A stretch of DNA of 23,515 nt, taken from positions 1-23,515 of the forward strand of contig CAYUTF010000051.1 in assembly GCA_964447495.1 (NCBI GenBank), read 5' to 3'. A program made the position numbers and the translations under genes. Source of the DNA: an uncultured archaeon. GTDB taxonomy: Archaea > Asgardarchaeota > Lokiarchaeia > Sigyniarchaeales > SOKP01. The notes beneath the pieces were generated by a model that worked only from the letters and a program-made list of their open reading frames with translations, was not told the origin of the DNA and searched no databases. Position 1 is the stretch's first letter. Every line of letters starts with the position of its first letter. This document shows positions 17,156 to 23,515 of this stretch, piece by piece.

Positions 17156-18355
17156 TTGATTCCCTTTTCTAACCCTATATTTCCTAAAAAAAAAGATATA
17201 ATAACTTGTCAGTACTGTGGATATAAAATTGCAAAACCTTATCCGAAAGATCAATTATGTCCAAATTGTGGTAAATTTCTACCTGACTATTATGAATATA
17301 AAGAGCCTGTTAATAAGAGTGGGTTAGAAGATAAAAAAGTTAAAGAATTTGATACTCGCACAACAACCCCCTCCTCAAAATTTGGGGAAAAGGTTAGAGT
17401 AAAAGAAAGAAATATGGAGGATTTTTCTTTATCCGATGATATGATTTTGCTTGATCAAAATAATGAATATGTAAGATTTTTTGGTGTAGCTACCAAAGAA
17501 GGACGAAAAAAGCTCTATTTTAGCAATGAAAAATTTAAATATCTATTAGAATTATCCAATAATTTAGATTATATTGCCACAGGTATTTTAGGAGGGGAAC
17601 TTGATAAAATGCTTTTAATATCCAGAGAAAATGTCAAGGAGAAATGTCAGTTTCTTGTTAAAGACAATTTAATCTATATAGTATTTGGAATTTTTCCAGA
17701 TAAGAAAGGTAAATGGATACTTGAACAGATGGCGAAGTATTTTTCAGAATTAGTAGGAAATGAAGATGAGGATAATTTAACAGAAATAGTAAGGTATGAT
17801 ATAGAAAGAAAGTTCACGGGGAATATTCATTTTATAATAAGGGAATATATGAGATTACAAGGGGTTTTTACTGATAAGGAAATACCATATTTAGAGGATT
17901 GGATGAGAACTGATTATTTAGGATTATCACATATGTCTATTGGTGTTATTTCACTCCTTTTAGACAAAGAAAATCATTTAGATGTTGAAGTTCCAGGAGA
18001 ATTTAAAAATCAAGATGAAGAAAATGAAATGAAAGAATCATTATTAACAGCCAAAATTGAGGCAATCGCAGCAAACACCCTCGGAAACACGGGATCATAT
18101 CCAAGATGGATTGCTGTAAAGTTAGGTTTCCAAAGATATCGCTTTCTAACTTTTCATAAGTATCAAAATGATTATTTTCTTTCTCTACTTTCTGAAGGTA
18201 ATTTACAAAAGCTCGATGCAATTGAGAATAAGATTGAACCCTATCTTTATCATGGCATTGATAAACCATTTTCTGGAAATTTAAGACCATTTAATAAGCT
18301 CAAAGCTACGATTAAAGAATTGTTTGGTAATATACCTGAACGCAAGATTAAATAA
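17156..18355 (+). CDS. Hypothetical protein: N-terminal Zn ribbon plus two putative longin-like domains
   Basis: CQYCG...CPNCG; two segments with a beta-beta-alpha-beta-beta-beta-alpha-alpha pattern, each ending in F(T/S)GN; TTG start, exact start uncertain. Confidence 0.6.
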   Translation: MIPFSNPIFPKKKDIITCQYCGYKIAKPYPKDQLCPNCGKFLPDYYEYKEPVNKSGLEDKKVKEFDTRTTTPSSKFGEKVRVKERNMEDFSLSDDMILLDQNNEYVRFFGVATKEGRKKLYFSNEKFKYLLELSNNLDYIATGILGGELDKMLLISRENVKEKCQFLVKDNLIYIVFGIFPDKKGKWILEQMAKYFSELVGNEDEDNLTEIVRYDIERKFTGNIHFIIREYMRLQGVFTDKEIPYLEDWMRTDYLGLSHMSIGVISLLLDKENHLDVEVPGEFKNQDEENEMKESLLTAKIEAIAANTLGNTGSYPRWIAVKLGFQRYRFLTFHKYQNDYFLSLLSEGNLQKLDAIENKIEPYLYHGIDKPFSGNLRPFNKLKATIKELFGNIPERKIK

Positions 18356-18431
18356 AATTACTTATAATTGCATCAATAATCTTATGTTTATTTGATAAAT
18401 TCATATATAATTACACCTTTTCATAATCAGA

Positions 18432-20891
18432 ATGCTTGATATTAGAACAGATACAGATGAAATTATTGAAATATATAATGGAAAAATAGGGTTAAAGATT
18501 TTCAAAAGTGGAGTAGCTCAGGGATCATATGAAGTGACCTATAATAATCTTAAAGGTTCAAGTTCTATTTTAAAAGAATGTTATTGTAATATTTTGCTTC
18601 ATGATGATGAATCTGAACAATTAATTGAATTAAAATCTACAGATATCCCCTATTTTAACACCGTAGATAAAATCTCAACTCAATTTGGAAATGGGGTTAA
18701 AATTGTTCTTTCTCCAATCCCAAAAGATAATCTAGCTATTTCATTTAAAATCCAATTTATAATATATGAAAATCAAGATTTTTTTCTAGTTAGATTTATA
18801 AAAATAAAGGATGTATCTGAAAATAACAGAAGGATTCACAGTATCTCCCCTTTTGTTATAAAAAATAGTAAATTATGGTTAAGAGGGGCAAAATCGCCTA
18901 CAAATTTAAATCAAATAACATGGTTTAAAAATGGGTTTCAAAGCTGGAGTCCGTCTACTATATTCTTTGGTCATGAACAGGACGTTAAGGGGCCTTCTAT
19001 GGAAATTCTTAATTTAACATATGACAATCAAGATTATCATATTGAAGGAAGATTTTATAGCGAATACATTACAGTAATCACAGATTTAGATTCTGAAAAT
19101 TCTCTTGTTATTGGATTTGTAACTAATAAAGATCAGTTTACCCGTGTTGTTATGGATTATGAGGACTCAATAGATTTAAAATTATTAACCGCATTTGGTT
19201 GTATGGACGGGGTTAAATTTAGCGAATCCTCAATTGATTCCTCTGAAGAACTATTTATAGGTTTTAAAGCCCAAAATCAAGGATATTATGGTCTACTTGA
19301 TTATTCAAAAGTGCTCAAATCCAAGATTGAAACAAGTCTTATAACGAATGTACCAATTGGGTGGTGCAGTTGGTATTATTACTATACAGATATTACAGAA
19401 AACGATATGCTTAAAAATTTGAATTTTTTTAAAAATAATACAGATTTTCCCATCGATTTTTTCCAATTAGATGATGGGTACTTCACTAAAATTGGAGATT
19501 ATTTAAATCTCAATGAAAAATTTCCTAATGGTCTAGAGTATTTATTTACACAAATAAAAAAAAGTGGATTGAAAGCAGGAATCTGGAGTGCACCATTCTT
19601 TGCTGTTAGGAACTCAAATCTTTTTAAAACACATCGCAAGTGGTTCTTAACTAAAAATAATAAATTATTGAAAGTGCATTTTAACTGGAATTCCTTCCAA
19701 TACGCTTTAGATTTATCTAAAAGTGAGGTTCTTACTTATATTCTCAACTTTTTTAACAATCTTCATCGAATAGATGAAAAATTAACTATGGATTTTTTTA
19801 AAATTGATTTTCTTCACGCTGCCGTACCATACGGGGCTGATTATTCCAATAAGTCCTTAACGAGAGCTCAGATATTACATCAAGGAATTAAAAAAATCAG
19901 GGAAGCAATTTCTCATCAGTCATTTTTATTGGGTTGTGGAGCACCACTAGGTCCTTGTATAGGGCTAGTTGATGCTATGAGAATAAGTGAAGATACCGCT
20001 CCTATTTGGGATGCAGGGTTTTACGAGAAATATTCTAACAACAAAGGAATAGAGCATGTTGCCTTAAAATGTGCTTTAATCAATATTCTATATCGCTCTT
20101 TTATGCATAAATATTTCTGGATTAATGACCCCGATTGCTTAATGATAAGACGTAAAAATACTAAATTATCTTTAGCGGAAATACGACTTCAAATGACCGT
20201 GTTTGGTATATCAGGAGGACAAATCCTTATTTCAGACGATATGACTATACTCTCAAAAGACGAAATAAATGATGCTAAATTACTAATACCTCCATATAAT
20301 CCCATAGGTTTTGATGCTGTTGTAATTGATGCATTTAAAAGTCCAATTCCCTCTATTTATATGTTAGAAACAAATGAAGTAATTGGCCACAGATTCTTAG
20401 TAGCAATTATTAATTGGAAAGATCAGAAAGATACAAAGAAAGTAAAAATCTACGATTTAATAGGCAAATATATCGATAAGAATAAAAAGTATTATGTTTT
20501 CAGTTTTTGGGATAAAAACTTTATTGGAAAATTTGAACTAGATGATATTATAGAGATTCAAGATATATATGCCCATTCTTGCTCTTATTTAAGTATTATT
20601 CCGATTGATAACAATTCAGAAAAGGATATTATATTAGTCTCTTCTGATTTTCATATCTCTCAGGGATGTAATGAAATAACTTCATTTGAATTTCAGAAAA
20701 ATAATAATAAAATTCTTTTGAATCTGCGCGTGGTAGGGAAACAAAAAGGGAGTATTTATCTAAAAATCCCTATTAATAAAAAAGTAATAGCCTATGATAA
20801 CACCTCGCTTGTGATCGACGAACATGAGAATATATGGAAATTCGATGTTGATATTGAAAACAACAAAGTTATCGAAATTTACTTATCTTAA
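18432..20891 (+). CDS. Alpha-galactosidase, glycoside hydrolase family 36 (clan D)
   Basis: PIGWCSWYYYY, FQLDDGY, EKFPNGL, nucleophile motif FFKIDF, LLGCGAP, acid/base MRISED, WINDPDC. Confidence 0.88.
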   Translation: MLDIRTDTDEIIEIYNGKIGLKIFKSGVAQGSYEVTYNNLKGSSSILKECYCNILLHDDESEQLIELKSTDIPYFNTVDKISTQFGNGVKIVLSPIPKDNLAISFKIQFIIYENQDFFLVRFIKIKDVSENNRRIHSISPFVIKNSKLWLRGAKSPTNLNQITWFKNGFQSWSPSTIFFGHEQDVKGPSMEILNLTYDNQDYHIEGRFYSEYITVITDLDSENSLVIGFVTNKDQFTRVVMDYEDSIDLKLLTAFGCMDGVKFSESSIDSSEELFIGFKAQNQGYYGLLDYSKVLKSKIETSLITNVPIGWCSWYYYYTDITENDMLKNLNFFKNNTDFPIDFFQLDDGYFTKIGDYLNLNEKFPNGLEYLFTQIKKSGLKAGIWSAPFFAVRNSNLFKTHRKWFLTKNNKLLKVHFNWNSFQYALDLSKSEVLTYILNFFNNLHRIDEKLTMDFFKIDFLHAAVPYGADYSNKSLTRAQILHQGIKKIREAISHQSFLLGCGAPLGPCIGLVDAMRISEDTAPIWDAGFYEKYSNNKGIEHVALKCALINILYRSFMHKYFWINDPDCLMIRRKNTKLSLAEIRLQMTVFGISGGQILISDDMTILSKDEINDAKLLIPPYNPIGFDAVVIDAFKSPIPSIYMLETNEVIGHRFLVAIINWKDQKDTKKVKIYDLIGKYIDKNKKYYVFSFWDKNFIGKFELDDIIEIQDIYAHSCSYLSIIPIDNNSEKDIILVSSDFHISQGCNEITSFEFQKNNNKILLNLRVVGKQKGSIYLKIPINKKVIAYDNTSLVIDEHENIWKFDVDIENNKVIEIYLS

Positions 20892-20964
20892 CGTTTATTA
20901 GACTCCAATGTTTTAAATACACATATAAGTAGCAGTCTTCCTTTCAACACTTTAAGATAATATT

Positions 20965-21930
20965 ATGGATTTAAACCCAATAAATCTTTATGAAAAGTTT
21001 TGCAATACGGAAATTGATAAAACATCATTAATAAAATCTCTTTCAGTATTAATTGAAGATTCTAATGATGATACCATTAGAATTCAGGCAATTAATATAT
21101 TAAAAAAATTGGGCATTAAAACTACTTATATTTTTAAAATAATGGAAAGCTTGTTGCTTTCTGATACAAATGAAAAAATAAGGAATAATGCTGCTACTTA
21201 TATAGGGGCTCTTTTTATTGAAAAATCGTATAATGTAATAAAATGGGCAATTCAACATGAAACCTCCTATGAGTGCGTAATCACATTGATAAATACTCTT
21301 AGGAAAATACAAAATAATGATTCCAAAGAACTCCTAATTTCTGAAATTTCAAAAATTAAGAAATTAAATAAATCTATAGCCTATAAGCAACATATCTTCA
21401 AAAAATATAAAAAAGGATTAAAAAAAGTATTTAAAATGAAAAATATAGAAGAATTTTCCATAAACGAATTGGCAGAGATCTTCATTAATTATAAAACAGT
21501 CATAAATTTAGCGAATATGTTTCCTAATTTTTATTTTGAGTTAGATACTGAAAATGGACTCGTTTCCGAGTTAGATTTAGCAGATTATCTTCAATATGAA
21601 GTTAAAGGAACTCCTTGGGGTTGGAAAAATAACATAAAAACCCTTACCGAAATTAGAGGACTTGGAAATTTGAAATATATAAAAAAAATCGACTTATCAA
21701 ATAATTTAATTGAATATATAGATGGCCTTTTAGAACTTAAGAATTTAAAGACTATAATTTTAGCAAACAATAAAATTTATGATCTTGAAAATCTAAAATA
21801 TCTCAAATCACTTTCGAATCTCCGTTATATTGATTTAAGTGGTAATGAAATTTCAAAAAAGCTCTCAGAAATAGACTTTAAACCGAACATTAAAGTTATT
21901 TTAGAAACATTTCATGAGCACTTTGAATGA
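20965..21930 (+). CDS. LRR protein of the same helical-domain plus LRR family, with a short SDS22-like array (~3-4 LRRs)
   Basis: MDLNP, IMESLLLSDTNEKIR, IKWAIQHE; LRRs IKKIDLSNNLIEYIDGL, LKTIILANNKIYDLENL, LRYIDLSGNEI. Confidence 0.88.
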   Translation: MDLNPINLYEKFCNTEIDKTSLIKSLSVLIEDSNDDTIRIQAINILKKLGIKTTYIFKIMESLLLSDTNEKIRNNAATYIGALFIEKSYNVIKWAIQHETSYECVITLINTLRKIQNNDSKELLISEISKIKKLNKSIAYKQHIFKKYKKGLKKVFKMKNIEEFSINELAEIFINYKTVINLANMFPNFYFELDTENGLVSELDLADYLQYEVKGTPWGWKNNIKTLTEIRGLGNLKYIKKIDLSNNLIEYIDGLLELKNLKTIILANNKIYDLENLKYLKSLSNLRYIDLSGNEISKKLSEIDFKPNIKVILETFHEHFE

Positions 21931-21956
21931 ACCTAATTAGTATGCTTAAAATTAAT

Positions 21957-21973
21957 AAAAAAAGAAAAAAAAA
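21957..21973 (-). terminator. Oligo-T terminator (minus strand) for the RuBisCO-like gene
   Basis: A-tract on + (T9-C-T7 on -) immediately after the stop at 21975. Confidence 0.45.
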
Positions 21974-21974
21974 T

Positions 21975-23294
21975 TTATTTTTCAATTAAAGCTGTTTTAC
22001 CTGATCCCCACACACCAAGTGCTCTGCCTAATTCTTTGTGCTCCTTAGCGGCATCTTTTACTGGGATACCTTTCATTACTGCGTCAATAGCCTGCCTAAA
22101 AGCTTTAGCTCCATCAATAGGTCCATCTGGATGGCTATGAATTCCACCACCGCTCCCAATTAAAATATCCTTACCTGCTTCACTCATACATTTCTCAACC
22201 ATTCCTGGTGTGATCCCTCCTGAAGGCATAGGAAGAGTTGGTTTAATATGTTGAAGTCTATATCGTAATGCTTTGAGATTTTGTTCATAACGTTCATCTA
22301 AAATCTCTGCTTTTCCGTAAGGAGCAGGAATCACCACAGTATCAGCCCCACAAATTCGTGGAAGTTTAGCCAACGTTAACATGCTCGTCATGCCTGTCCA
22401 TTCTCCCCCAAAATATGCTCCAGCAAAATCCATATGCCCTAATATTGGTACTTTAATCGATGGGTCCTCAGCTAATTGTCTTAAAGCTTCAAATCCAGCG
22501 GTAAGAAAGTTAATCATTAAAGCATTTGCCCCTAATTCAATCATTTTATCAGCATATTCAAACATATCTGGAAACTTGGTAGTAATATTAATTGTATATA
22601 ATGTCTTCTCTCCCTTTTCTGAATCAGCTCTATCAATACCTTCCATAACTGCTACAATTCTATCTTCCAATGTGTTAAAGGAAGGATTCGAAATTAACTC
22701 ATCATCTTTAACGACATCACAACCACCAACAGCAGCTTTATAAACAAGATCCGCAGCAACTTCGCATGTGTGTCCCGTGCATGGCTTTACCATATTATTC
22801 AATAACGGTCTTTCTGGAACCTTTAATAGCTCTCGAAGTCCATCTATTCCAAATTTAGGACCTTTAAAATCTTGAAGGTATTCTTTTGGGAAGGCTAAGT
22901 CAACCAATTTAAGTCCATGGGTAATAGAAATATTTCCAATCACAGTTGTGAATAACATGGGTATTCCCATTCCTTTAATATTTACGATGGGAAATGCAAT
23001 CTGAACAAAATAATAACGATCTTTTATATCTTTTGGTATTACGTATTCATAGTGAGGGAGTTCATATACACCAATTACTCTAGCGACGTGATGCTTTCTA
23101 ACTTCAGCAGTTTCAGCAGGAACTCTTACCCACGTACCTGTTGATTGTTCTATAGCCGCAAATCGAGACAAATAATTGACATTCATTCCTTTTGGGCGTT
23201 TTATGATATAGCTTGCTATAATGTATTTTTCTAAATCGATACCATCCAAACCAATAGCTTCAGGAACATCCAAATATTGTTCTGTACTATCCAT
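21975..23294 (-). CDS. RuBisCO-like protein (form IV RLP)
   Basis: AAIEQSTGTW, FKGPKFGIDG, DVVKDDE, PSGG and GGGIHSHPDG show the RuBisCO fold; KPCTG (K177 equivalent is C), HMDF (R295 equivalent is M) and loss of H327 argue against a true carboxylase. Confidence 0.9.
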   Translation of the reverse strand: MDSTEQYLDVPEAIGLDGIDLEKYIIASYIIKRPKGMNVNYLSRFAAIEQSTGTWVRVPAETAEVRKHHVARVIGVYELPHYEYVIPKDIKDRYYFVQIAFPIVNIKGMGIPMLFTTVIGNISITHGLKLVDLAFPKEYLQDFKGPKFGIDGLRELLKVPERPLLNNMVKPCTGHTCEVAADLVYKAAVGGCDVVKDDELISNPSFNTLEDRIVAVMEGIDRADSEKGEKTLYTINITTKFPDMFEYADKMIELGANALMINFLTAGFEALRQLAEDPSIKVPILGHMDFAGAYFGGEWTGMTSMLTLAKLPRICGADTVVIPAPYGKAEILDERYEQNLKALRYRLQHIKPTLPMPSGGITPGMVEKCMSEAGKDILIGSGGGIHSHPDGPIDGAKAFRQAIDAVMKGIPVKDAAKEHKELGRALGVWGSGKTALIEK

Positions 23295-23381
23295 AATTAG
23301 ATCACAAAAAATAAATCTACTAAAATTGAAAAATTTAATTATTTTATAACAATAAGAAAAAAAAAAATAAAAAATAAGAAA

Positions 23382-23515
23382 TTAATCTTTTGATTTTGCT
23401 GCTGCTTTTAGATTTATGTAGGTGTTCTCCAATACATTCAGATATTCAACCAGCACTTGATCTGCTTTTGATTTCTTTTCATACTCCTCTTTGATAATAT
23501 TAATAAGATATTTGG
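23382..23515 (-). CDS. 3' end of a hypothetical protein entering from the window edge (...KYLINIIKEEYEKKSKADQVLVEYLNVLENTYINLKAAAKSKD*)
   Basis: Open frame from 23513 to TAA at 23384-23382, followed by a T-tract on the minus strand. Confidence 0.55.
   Translation of the reverse strand, partial: KYLINIIKEEYEKKSKADQVLVEYLNVLENTYINLKAAAKSKD

Noticed and set aside
7376-22743. Short antisense ORFs 7376-7618, 8365-8652, 10995-11291, 11985-12194, 16729-16974, 18003-18290, 21100-21312 and 22381-22743
   Set aside because: All lie fully inside well-supported genes on the opposite strand and show no motifs
8192-23294. Complete AMP phosphorylase / R15P isomerase / form III RuBisCO pathway cluster
   Set aside because: The RuBisCO homolog lacks K177, R295 and H327 equivalents, no isomerase is in the window, and the genes are 12 kb apart on opposite strands
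1-23515. Genome-wide reassignment of TGA to Trp or Gly
   Set aside because: TGA terminates AMP phosphorylase at its expected C-terminus and ends other genes; the long ORFs have no internal TGA; the four internal TGAs align to Cys

Overview
AT-rich archaeal genomic window, most consistent with an Asgard archaeon of the Lokiarchaeia type (inferred from gene content). The main hidden feature is a selenoprotein operon that the ORF track fragments or misses. hdrA (2103-4073, 656 aa) has in-frame TGA at codons 22 and 206, and mvhD/vhuD (4087-4551, 154 aa) has in-frame TGA at codons 17 and 68. All four TGAs fall at conserved Cys positions. Directly after the mvhD stop lies a eukaryote-type SECIS-like hairpin (AUGA...GA core, A-rich loop) that overlaps a second, mutually exclusive SECIS-like fold. 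The window also encodes several candidate eukaryotic-signature proteins: a gelsolin-domain protein, an alpha-SNAP-like/Ig-fold protein, a Zn-ribbon plus tandem longin-like protein, and three paralogous helical-domain plus LRR proteins. Housekeeping and metabolic genes are pyrF, an M24 peptidase, AMP phosphorylase, ATP-dependent DNA ligase, hisC, a GH36 alpha-galactosidase and a form IV RuBisCO-like protein. A 3x ~21-22 bp tandem repeat precedes pyrF. No rRNA, tRNA, CRISPR array or mobile element was seen. All calls are from manual motif reading; no searches were run.
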